DNA of 63,840 bases, the filler included, from Lenisia limosa (Eukaryota; Protista; Breviatea), in assembly GCA_001655205.1 (NCBI GenBank). It is 11 parts of 11 records of this genome, joined end to end, with 100 filler letters (N's around TTAATTAATTAA, not from the genome) between each part and the next. Parts side by side here need not be neighbours in the genome. Positions count along the whole stretch, not along the records: positions 1 to 9,199 come from LPNZ01005552.1; positions 9,300 to 22,677 come from LPNZ01009847.1; 9 more parts are not named here. One strand, given 5' to 3'. Positions 1 through 10,342 of the stretch are shown here, in pieces (the first letter of the stretch is position 1; each line of letters begins with the position of its first letter). The notes below the pieces were generated by a model. It had not been told where the DNA came from, did not search any database, and saw nothing but the letters and a program-made list of their open reading frames with translations. Made by a program: the position numbers and the translations under genes.

Positions 1-30
1 TGAAAACACAAGAGGGTTGATCACCTCATT

Positions 31-3000
31 TCACAACCTCGCACCCTTTCGTAAGCTGCCGAGCGGAGGGATGGACTTTGTCCCCGGGGTTTGCTTTGGA
101 GGTAGCAAAGTGTGTTTGAGCAAGGCTTGTGAGTCCTTGAGGAGTGTCTCCGGTACCTGCCGAAATCAACCAATTAATAATCCGCATTTAGCACAAATAG
201 ACCAGGAAAGTTGAGACACCGTTCGCAAAGTGTCCACAAGAAGGCAAAGCTGGAGTGGGCTATACCCGACAATTACATCAGTTCCCATTGCTATTGTTAT
301 AATACATGGCCAACTCATCTTCCTCTTCCCACCGAATCCGAAACTGAGATGGGTGAAAACGGCACGTATTGGGCTGCGGCCGAAATATGCTGTGGCAGGA
401 TATGGTCTGGCAACTTGGTTACTTGCGAGAACCCCGTCTGCATTGTCAAAGTTGCAAAGGGAGAATATCACACGAAATGAGAAATAAAAAAAATAAGGTT
501 GTATCTTGCCGAAGCCTTCCACACCATCACGCTTTTAAGAGATATTGGATTATAGTATACTATTAATTCACCCTGTTATTTGCCTGACAACTCTGTGTAG
601 CTTTCTGTGTGCCGTGAATATCGTACGTAGAAATGAGAAAAGAAATGGAGAATCTGACCGAAGAGATACTGGTACCACCCCCATTCCCACTTCTATACCC
701 GGCGTGGAGTAAGTTCTTGGTCGGTTCTGCTCGGTCTTGGCGATGTCCTCGAGGACCCTGCTGGATGGACGGCTCGGCGGCCGTGACACTTTCAGCTTCG
801 TTGAGTTGAAGGACAGTCTATAACCATAACAGAATAGGACACAGTTTGGTATATCAGGCTAAAGCCGTAAAAAATAGGATCAAATGCGCTATATTTAAAA
901 TAATATCTTGATACTTTCACCTCATCAACTCTCAATAAATGAATAAAAACAAACATCGACGACCGATACGCACTTTTTGAGAGGGACAACCTTGACATTG
1001 TTTAATGATACCATGGGGGTGGGCGATGGCGATTTGTGTTGGTACAGCGATGATGGGGACCGAGGGGTGACGGGCTAAAGAAGTCAGAACTGATGGTTAG
1101 GAATCTCGATAAATCCTCGATAAATATCAATGTTTTTTCAGTCTGTTGGAACCGAAAGTGAATCTACAAGATACCACCTGTATTTCAGATTTCTACATAT
1201 TATTTTGGGAACACTCTGCATACTAAGTCGACAGGCTGACTGGACATTGACGAGATCGAACGGAGGGACTGGGTGCTTTCCTTATACGGTGTGCAGAGGG
1301 AGTGGACTTGAATGGGTTCGACAGGGGGCAAAGCTGAAGACTGTCCCATTCCAGATGGTACGGGGTTGAACATTTCTTCCTCACCAGGGGGCTGTACGTA
1401 AAATCAGGAAATTCGAAGCAAAACTTGTCGCAAAACCAATGTATTTACTTGAATTTGGCAAAACCTTGTTCTAGGTTCACGTAATATATCTTTTCATCAT
1501 TTCGGTCATTTTGAGTGAAGCCGTAAACGTCGCCTATCCACCACACATGACTAGCAACCTACGGAAAGGGGGGCAGAAGTTGGGGCGGCAGTCAGGGCAA
1601 CATGGGGACAAAAGGGGTCATTACTGATGGAAGGAATTAACAATAGCGATTCTCATAACTCAGATGAAATGCTCAAATCATATTGTGTTAATGAAGAAAT
1701 AAAATCATAATATGTGTGAATCCAACCTAGTTCTTAGGAAGTACTGAAGAAGCACCACGAGGCATTTGCTTTGGTTGTTTTCTTGCGACCCTACCACTAT
1801 CGTTGTTGCTGGTACTTGTTAAATACTTACCAATCAGGTTGTTAAAACCAATAATCCCCCAGCTCTCTGTGCCAAATCTACCATAATATGCCATACATAA
1901 CCCCAACAACCTATTTTGTTTTTCATGATGCCCGCGCCTCCTCCGCAGAGACCCCTCCAAATCCCCCGACATGCAGGGATACAGCTCCAGTTCATGGGGG
2001 CGACTGCCTGGGGGGGGGGGGGNNNNNNNNNNNNNNNNNNNNNNNNNNNNNNNNNNNNNNNNNNNNNNNNNNNNNNNNNNNNNNNNNNNNNNNNNNNNNN
2101 NNNNNNNNNNNNNNNNNNNNNNNNNGTCTTCCCCTCCAACAGAGAAAAACTCAGCAGATGCGGATGAATTTTCACTTACAAGCTTCTTGGTATCTAAAAT
2201 CTTGTTATATGTTGCTATAATGAATCATATAAATTAAAGTAGCACTATATACTGTTGCATGCGGTCTCCACTAGTTGATAGGTAATAGTATTGAATTACA
2301 CTGCTGACCCTTCCTACCACTTATACCCCCCTCCCCAACCATCATTTTGCTTTGAAAGGGACTGGACAGCGTTCGACACCCACCCAAGATGGAGCATTAG
2401 AAAGGCCGAAAGCGCTCGAGACAGAAAACTAGGTTAAAACAACAAAGAACTTGGGGTCCTTCTCCATGAATGCCAAGAGGATTTCGAGGAAAGCAGCAGC
2501 AGACGCGGCGCGGGTCGGCCTAATTAGCCCGGGCTTGGCATAGAGGGCGGCCCAATTCTCAGACTCTGACATCCCCGCGTTGCAATTAAATTCAAACTCC
2601 GTCACGGGTTGGAAAGCATGGAACGAGAATATCGGTGATATTCTGGGGGTACTGATCAACTGCATCGCATTGTGTCTGGAAATATGAGGCTCTTGGATTT
2701 TGATAATCGGAAATTGATGAATATACTTGTATTATCCTTTTGATCCTCCATACTTAGCCTTCTGACACGCCTGCTCCACCGCAGCCTGTTTGAAGTTATA
2801 GTGAAAGGGCCGTGCAGACGGCAGTGAATGGTTCTCGGCAACATGGAGGAGACACTCGGTGTTGATGCTGGTCACAATGGATTGGACGCAAATCTCCAAC
2901 AGAGGAACGAGGACTGAGAAAAGCGGGCCAAATGTGCCGACCTAAGGGACTGTCAATGGGGGGGGGAATTGTTACAGGTTTTGCCTTGAGCAAAAAAAGG

Positions 3001-5125
3001 TCTTTTCCCTGAAATTCAAGTTTCTCATTATCCTGGGTTGGTATTTAGGAATTCACTTTCGTAAAAATATAGACATAATTTCTCGACCACTCCTCGAAAA
3101 CTATCGATTATGGGCTAAAGTGAAGCACTTATTGTAGTCTTAAGCTCTTCCGAACAATATTGCATTGTCCAGCATACCTTCTCCTCAGGTACTGTGAAGT
3201 GGATGCTCACAGCAAAGACGGCTGTTTTTCGAGGTTGTGGCGAAGGGGGTGAAAACGAGTCTGACCCGATAGTCGCGCTGCGGTTGCGTATCCTGCTGGG
3301 GGGGTGAGACGGAGGAGTGGTGGTGAATGTCATCCTTATTATTGGCCATTGACACCCCCATTTGGTTTACCCCAATTNNNNNNNNNNNNNNNNNNNNNNN
3401 NNNNNNNNNNNNNNNNNNNNNNNNNNNNNNNNNNNNNNNNNNNNNNNNNNNNNNNNAATAAAATATGTTACTTTTGATGACAAGAAATTAGAGAATGGTG
3501 AATACTGAAGAAATAAAATCCAGCAGAAAGCAAACAAAAATAATAATAAGAACCCACCTTTTATTGGGGGTACGCACAAATTGTGGTGATTTCTCGTTTG
3601 CCATTTTCGAAAGAGCAGGGGAAGAGGGCACCCGGGGAACCGGCTTTGTTTTGGGCGAAACATTACCAGGAGAATCACCTGATTTACTTGGGGGTCCATG
3701 GACCACAAAAAGGTGAGAGAGCAGAAACCCTCCTTTAGAAGAGAGATAATGGACTTTGGATGACGAAGTCTTAATGGCTCCGGCGGCGGCACCCCAAACA
3801 CACTCCTCAATTTCTCGAGGACCAGAGAGAGCGGGGGCTTTGGTGGGGGTTGTGGGGTTCTGTTTGGTAATTCGTGAGGGTGCAATAGACATGACGCTCC
3901 TAACAAGGGATTTCTAGTCGATGCATATCATATTGATATCATGAGACATATCATAATAAATCATATCAATCCCACAGAGAGATGAGAAATAAAACAAGAT
4001 TATATCTGACCGAAGCCGTCCACACCATCAAGCATATATATACAGTGTATATTATAGTATCACATCATTCGCTGGCAACTCTGTGCACACAGCATTCTGT
4101 GTGCCTTTCCAACATACACATATAAATACACATACTATATCATAACAAAAAAGATCTTTTATGATACCCCCAGAAGTTATCCCCCCTATATAAGATCACC
4201 ACCCACCCTGAGAGGGGACGCCCTCAATCCGTTCCGGGTGATAGTACTGCCCCTGCGTCTTCGCGAAGCTGGAGTGCCGGGAGATGCGGCGCCGGGAGTC
4301 TTGGTTGTCGGACTGTTTGATGACCTCAGGGGAGTTCCGTCTAAAATCGTAAATAGGACAATCTATGAGAGATGATGTCAAACTCATTAATATGCGTTAC
4401 ACTGTTTATCTTGAGATGTGGTAAAGAGGTTTATCTAGTAATCAATGCGTTCAATATTTCCTTGTTGGCTTTCCAGCCAACTTTCAGAAATGGGGTGAAG
4501 CTCCGAATTGAAGTTTCCGTCATAGACAAGTACATGATTGCATGAACTGTCTTCCTGCCAAATCTGGTAGATAATTGAAAGTCTAAGAATAAAACGTAAT
4601 TGATAATGCAAACCTAGATAATTCCTGTTGGAGTATTTTTTATTTATTCATGGGAGATTGAGGGTAGGAGAGAACCAAAATTCAAAAAGGAGAGTGAAAT
4701 GGTAAAATCCAGCAGGAAGTAAAAATCAATTTATACCAAGAAATGGCCACACCCCTTCCTCACAAGAAACCCTAAGCAAGGACCCATACCCTACAAGGAT
4801 TCGAATGTCTTTCTCGGATAGTGTTGAGTAGGCTGCCGTGTCTCTATATGGCAGTTAGGAATGGATGACGTCCAATTCATAGATCATAATAGAACGAGTA
4901 TGCTCCTGCCATATCAATTCATAGATCATAATATAACGAGTATGCTCCTGCCATATCAATTATTTGAACTTGGCCCCAATAAAAAATACAGGGGAAATGC
5001 AATGAAATGAAGTGCAGAAGGTTATGGGGAAATGCTCATGAAGTGAAGTGCATTACAACAAACAATTTTGGGAACTCGATGACAGGCTTTGGCTTCTTGA
5101 AGAGAGAAATAAGCTTAGGGAACAT
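31..5125 (-). CDS. FNIP: Folliculin-interacting protein (FNIP1/2 / Lst4)-like, multi-exon
   Basis: Exons read by eye match FNIP blocks in order: MFPKLISLFKK (ATG 5125); SEKDIRILV; IEECVWGAAAGAIKTSSSKVHYLSSKGGFLLSHLF (cf. EMMFGSVAMSYKGSTLKIH..QLMLSKVF); LISTPRISPIF; LSRALSAFLMLHLGWV (cf. LPALITAVLTNHLAWV); TTIVVGSQE..VLLQYFLR (cf. RTVVVGK..LLYFLTYFIR). The 3' end is uncertain. Confidence 0.8.
475..613 (+). repeat. Element X copy (unclassified ~130-bp structured dispersed element), FNIP intron
   Basis: AAATGAGAAATAAAAAAAATAAGGTTGTATCTTGCCGAAGCCTTCCACACCATCACGC...TTTGCCTGACAACTCTG..AGCTTTCTGTGTGCC; the same blocks recur about 11 times in the window. Confidence 0.9.
3043..3131. mobile_element. 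Decayed hAT-type MITE copy
   Basis: TAGGAATTCACTTT...TTTCTCGA..CCTCGAAAACTATCGAT...AAAGTGAAGCACTTA resembles the intact copies at 22.8-25.8 kb; another relic lies at ~1095-1168. Confidence 0.55.
3982..4105 (+). repeat. Element X copy, FNIP intron
   Basis: ATGAGAAATAAAA..ATCTGACCGAAGCCGTCCACACCATCA...GGCAACTCTGT GCACACAG-CATT-CTGTGTGC (perfect 8-bp hairpin). Confidence 0.9.
4873..4961. repeat. 42-bp tandem duplication (x2) in intron
   Basis: CAATTCATAGATCATAATA(G/T)AACGAGTATGCTCCTGCCATAT twice, one mismatch. Confidence 0.95.
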
Positions 5126-5616
5126 TGCGTGTTTTACCTGGATGTAATGATGCGTTTCATTTTTGAGTTTCCTTAGATCACTGTGCAAGACGGCTACACC
5201 GTCTCACTATCATGTTTTTCTGATCAAACTCTCTATTTTCAGTACAAATATGTAGCTCTTTACAATGCAAGGGGAGAGAGAAAGTCTGGGGGACAAACAG
5301 GATGACATCCCCATGTCTTATTATTTTAAAACACCTTCTGTCCTGATGCTTGACGCTAGAGAGCTAGGGAGCTAGAGAGTCTGTTATTTGATTTATTATT
5401 ATAATATTATATAAATGATAGGTGAAACAAGAAGAAAAAGAAAGCAATAGAGGAAAGATTTGCTGTGTTCACGATGTATAACACTCTTCTCCCGATTCTC
5501 ATCAGTGTTTTGCTCCCATTTTGGTAAGATGGAACTGATAAAGAAGAGGCGGAGGAACTCATACCTTTGTTCTTCTTTTTACATTCTCAACTTACTCTCC
5601 AGTTTTTGCTTTTCAG

Positions 5617-8600
5617 TCAACTCAGAAGGGCTCCATGTGGGGCTGCGAGTCGAAGCGTCAACCAAACCTGACGCACCAGTTCCTTATGTGGGTTGGCTCA
5701 GTTCCTATCTGGATTGGCCCAGATCCTTCTGTGGATTGGCTGAGGTACTTATGTGGTTGGCTTGTGTTTCCTCTTGCTTTAATTGTCTTATGGGTTGTTC
5801 ACTTCCTCAACTTCCTTCCCTTTCTTTCTTGTTTCTCTTGTCCTTTTTTGCGTTTTTTTTTTGATGGGTCCTTTTTTTTATGGAACAAGATGAATAGTCG
5901 ATTATTTTAAATCAACTTGAAGCATGGGTTTGAACGTCACGGTGTAGTCCGTGGTTGCCGCATTGACTGCGAAGGTAAACGAACTCCGATGCTCAATTCC
6001 TCCTTCCGGTAGGCTAGAGTATGAGTGTAACAGGATGGTCTGATGCTCAATTCCTCCTTCCGGTAGGCTTGAGTATGAGTGTGACAGGATGGTCTGGTGT
6101 AATTGGATGGTCTGGTGTAATTGGATCTGTATACTTTTTTCCCCATTGCCTTTTAATCGGTGTGTGTGTTGTATTACTTGATTTTCATATTTTTGGTGTT
6201 CACATAAGAAAAGGGTAGTACAAACATAATACCAAAACTAGTCCTGTCTAAACACCAGGATACACCAACTGCGTGGCTGCCCCGGATAAGATCGGAGTCC
6301 TGGAGACTTGTGAGGTACCGATCTCTCTGTTGACCCCTGGTAGATTCGCTGTCGGCAACACGGGGGTATGCTGGGAACATATTAACAAGGTCAAAGTGTG
6401 TTGTTCTTTTTCTGACCCCATTTCCCGCCACAGTTGGGAGAATATACGTACATATTATATCATATACTATTTAAAAAGTAGATAAGAACATTAATAACTA
6501 GATATTGATATATCAACGTACCATGGCATATAGTATTGCTGGGGAGGTACACAGAAAGCTATGTGCACAGAGTTGTAAAGCAAATGATTGGGTGAGTTAT
6601 ACTACAATTCAATATCTCTTATAAGTATGATGGTGTGGACGACTTCGGCCAGATACAACCTTATTTTTTAATTCTCAATGCTTGATATTATACCACTAGC
6701 TATACTGTCTTGTATCAGAGCTACTGACCGACGATATCGCCCCTTCACCCGCGTAACGAAGTGTAGGGAACCGCCATTTGCACTGACGGAACATGGAAAT
6801 TGGACAACTCCACTAATATCGGTGAGATTCTGTCGATGTCACTTTGGCACTTTTAAAGGAAATGAGAAATATGAAATAGGGACTATCTGGTCGCTCTTTT
6901 ATCGTAATCACGAAAGGAGCTTGGTCAAACCCTGATTTGTGTTGTATATTATATAATTTGATTAATTTCTTTTTGACAGTTGATTTGGGCATTGTTTTGT
7001 TTTATATAGTATGTAAATTTTCCAATTTTACTCCCCCCCCCCCCTTCAGGTCAGAATTGTCGGGACATTGTCGCTCTGGGCTATCCAGATGGAGAATATG
7101 TTATCGCAATTGAGGGAACAAGTCCCACTGGTAGGCCCTATCTTCAACCAATGTCCTTCATACGCATGGTGTGGTTCCATTGGTAGTACGCTGGAGTGAT
7201 GAGATGTGATGCTGCAGGGGGAGCTTTTTCAAAGCCCTAATGCTATTATGCCCCTCAGCTTAATATTTTTTATAGTAACCTTTGACTTGTGCCCATTTGT
7301 TTTGTTTTTTGTGCTGTTGTTTCGATTTCAATGTTTGCTGTATGTGTGTTTGTTTTGTTTTGTGCTTTACCCAGCCAACCCTTTTTTTGTACCATTACTA
7401 CTTTTTTTGCTCAGCATCAGTATGGTTGAGAATAGTCATAGTTTACTTGACACCATATTGTTCGTACCTGTGGAGATTCTTTTCTGCAGTCTGGTCTGGT
7501 CCGCGCTCTGTCCATCCAGCTTTGATCCCCTCGGGGGTCGTATGCTTGGGACGGCTCTAAGCGTTATAATTGGATTGTGACCGTTAATAAGTCGGATCTT
7601 CAACATTTATCTTACTTTTTAACGCCTTACAGGTACGTTTGGGTGATCGATCGGTGGTGGGACTCTTCAAAGGCGGGCTCGGGCTTGTTCTTGTTTTTGT
7701 GTTTTTGTCATCTGGCTTTGTCAAGTTTTAGCGTTGGTTGCTCATGTTTGTTGTTGCTTGTTTTTTGTTTTTTATTTGTTTGGAGTTTCAGATTATTCGG
7801 TTCGTGATTAGTACCTTTACGCCAATATTCTTCGCACAATTTCCTTCGCTTTTTACTCACCCCACCCCCATATCAATTATTAACTGCACAGCGCTTTTGT
7901 ACGTTGAGTGTATGCAACTTGACGCCGAACGTGAGAAGGATACTGGGAGACAGGGAGGGGGAGAGGCTCTCCTATATGTTTAGCTTACCTCCTTTAATCC
8001 AAGTTGAAGATTACTGAACTAAAATTGCATTAAAATTTGAAATTTGTTCATCTTCCGCAACCTTTTCCGCGTATTTGATCTTCTATATTTACCATTTACA
8101 GGCGGGTGGATGCAGATTCGACCGGAAAGCATGGACAGCGCAATCGCCTCAACTTATACTTGCGACATAGCCACCATTCCTTCCACTGGTGGGTGGGGTG
8201 CTGGTGGAAAGAAGAGGAATTTTCAATTTTTGACATCATTATCTTGAGGTTGCGGTTCACTGTCACATGGCATTGCAGCAAGGTTGTCAAGTAAACGTGA
8301 TTTTTTCTTTCGTATTTCTTCCATAGGCCATAACAGAAACGACCTACCTATTTTCCTCATAACTGTAGTGATTTGGGTGCTTAGTTTAGATCAAGTATTT
8401 TTGCATTTTTGGTTTTCGAACTTTGTAACTTACTTTTCAGGAGTATTCTCCTACCGTTGCAACCCGAGCGCAGAGCCTGCCCGACCAAGCCATTGTGGTT
8501 GTACTATGCACCTCAAGTACAAGATCCCTATCATGAGTTGGAATGGGCGGGGAAACATGCTGCCTAGTGTTTTACATACCCGCATTTGATTCTGTCAATT

Positions 8601-9199
8601 GACAAAACACATAGCACCTAATTACATATACAATATTCTATATTTGTGTATGGGAAATCACATAGCAAATCGGTCAAGACTTATCCCGATCACTGTATAT
8701 GATAGAGTAGATATAATATATGCTGCAGCGCAGAAACCGTGTCATTTTTGCGATATCGTGTCATTTTGATTTTTGATGTTTTTTTTTTTGGAATGAATTT
8801 TAGAGATGTAATAAAGGGAAAATGCAAAACAGTTTTTTTTAACTTGAAACAATACATTCAAAAAAATTACTTCTTAGCCTTCTTTTTCTTCTTTTCCTTA
8901 AGCTTTTTAACCGTGCTTTCTCTGGGACCAAGAACGCCACCTTTGTTTGTCGGAGCCTTTTTTCTGTCGATCTTGAGCTTATCCTTCGTTGCAATAACCT
9001 ATACATAATCAGTCAAAAACTGATGAAGGTCACTTTACCTGTCCTGTTCTGATGGTTGTGACTTGCTCACCACGCTCTAAAACAAAGAATTTAACTGGCT
9101 TTAGTACTATATCGGTCGAAGGACCAATTTGGTACAGAGATGGTTATCTCTTAACTGGAGCACCGCTAAAGAGGCTGCGGCTCCCTGAAGGAATCCTTT
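5617..9199 (+). CDS. Putative multi-exon Cys-containing extracellular protein (partial) with a fibrinogen-N-like motif
   Basis: AG/GT-bounded exons such as VNSEGLHVGLRVEAS..FCGLAE, NYTNCVAAPDKIGVLETCE, GQNCRDIVALGYPDGEYVIAIEG and GGWMQIRP; the start and full structure are unresolved. Confidence 0.4.
5988..6126. repeat. 54-bp tandem duplication (x2) followed by an 18-bp tandem duplication
   Basis: GATGCTCAATTCCTCCTTCCGGTAGGCT(A/T)GAGTATGAGTGT(A/G)ACAGGATGGTCT x2, then GGATGGTCTGGTGTAATT x2. Confidence 0.95.
6546..6679 (-). repeat. Element X copy (reverse orientation), intronic
   Basis: GTACACAGAAAGCTATGTGCACAGAGTTGTAAAGCAAA...TGATGGTGTGGACGACTTCGGCCAGATACAACCTTATTTTTTAATTCTCA. Confidence 0.9.
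8667..8695. mobile_element. Solo right TIR of the Tc1/mariner-type MITE
   Basis: AAATCGGTCAAGACTTATCCCGATCACTG followed by TA; matches the TIR at 28473-28502. Confidence 0.75.
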
Positions 9200-9299
9200 N
9201 NNNNNNNNNNNNNNNNNNNNNNNNNNNNNNNNNNNNNNNNNNNTTAATTAATTAANNNNNNNNNNNNNNNNNNNNNNNNNNNNNNNNNNNNNNNNNNNN
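9200..9299. other. Artificial scaffold-joining spacer (one of 10)
   Basis: 100-bp block N44-TTAATTAATTAA-N44, with stops in all six frames. Identical blocks at 22678-22777, 23960-24059, 28851-28950, 30938-31037, 36255-36354, 39398-39497, 55912-56011, 57522-57621 and 61919-62018. Confidence 0.97.
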
Positions 9300-10016
9300 A
9301 AGAGTTGGAAGGCATCCGCCTCGCCTGCTTCCATCAGTCCTTGTTTGACCATCTTCTGCACCTGACGCTTGCGTTTATTGGTTCCACTATTGTGTAAGTA
9401 TAATAAGAACACATTTTTTTGTTACTTTGTAATTATTTTTATTATTAGTTGTATTTTTGATGTTGTTTCTTTTGATTGAATATCGATATTTATTCAAAAC
9501 AAAAAAAAGAAGGGTAGAAACGAAAATCACAACACTATAGTTATACGTACGAATAAAATGATGGAAATCCTTGACAATAATATGTATTGGTTCATAATAT
9601 GCAGCCAATACACCAACTATTCACGTCACTAGAAAAAGCAAATCAAAAGGACACACCATATTTCCACAGATGAAAAACATCATAACTTTGGCCTTTCATT
9701 ACCTCGAGAATCCCATGTCATTCTTATAGCACCACAACACGTTGGGCCTGGCCTTGACAAGCGACTTTGAGAGAATGTAATGGAGGTTGATGATCTGGAA
9801 AAAAATAAGCATGGGGACAGTATAAATAGTCCAGTAAGTTGACGATTTAAGAAACTTCTGAGGAAGAAAATACTTTATGTAGCATAGAATGGATTGGGCA
9901 AGGCCCCTCACCTGATCACGAGCATTGTCTCCGACAATAACAAAGAAAGAACGATGCTTAGTCTTCACACCATTTTCAATCAAGGTTCTGATCCTAGAAT
10001 CAACCTTTTTACGCAT
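9300..10016 (-). CDS. NAT10: RNA cytidine acetyltransferase NAT10/Kre33, N-terminal part (truncated by scaffold end)
   Basis: MRKKVDSRIRTLIENGVKTKHRSFFVIVGDNARDQ | intron 9911-9795 | IINLHYILSKSLVKARPNVLWCYKNDMGFS | ... NKRKRQVQKMVKQG..DAFQL. Confidence 0.95.
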
Positions 10017-10342
10017 CTTTCACGTTTTATTTCAAAATAGATTAACCACCTAAGCTGACTAAATATACTTCCACGCACTCCTAATGTATAAAACTCTGAA
10101 AAGACGACAACTGCTGGAGTAAGAGGAGTAAGAGGACTTAGAGAAGCAGAGAGGGGAAAAAGGGATATGATTCTTGGGGGTCCTCCCACCCTCCACCCAT
10201 TGGTTGCAATGAAATGTGAGTATTGGGTGAATATTACTGTTTAGATTGGTGATATTGGGTATTTATTGGTGCTGGCTCTATAGAGTTGGAGTTAGACAGT
10301 AGGTTAGTTTGTAGGAGTCAAGATTTGACACAAGACACAAAA

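Noticed and set aside
6546-6679. Element X as hammerhead ribozyme, tRNA/5S-derived SINE or C/D snoRNA
   Set aside because: No CUGANGA/GAAA core, no A/B boxes, and only degenerate box C/D-like words; left unclassified.
9244-9255. TTAATTAATTAA recurring 10 times, superficially a spaced repeat or CRISPR-like signal
   Set aside because: Always centred in a 100-bp N block and encodes stops in all six frames, so it is an assembly linker. Adjacency across these spacers is not biological.
9795-9911. Stop-free introns of length 3n in conserved genes (NAT10 117 nt; ORC1 16574-16633; TOP2 21943-21984 and 22150-22197)
   Set aside because: With many short introns, a handful of 3n stop-free cases is expected by chance; no enrichment can be claimed without a genome-wide count.
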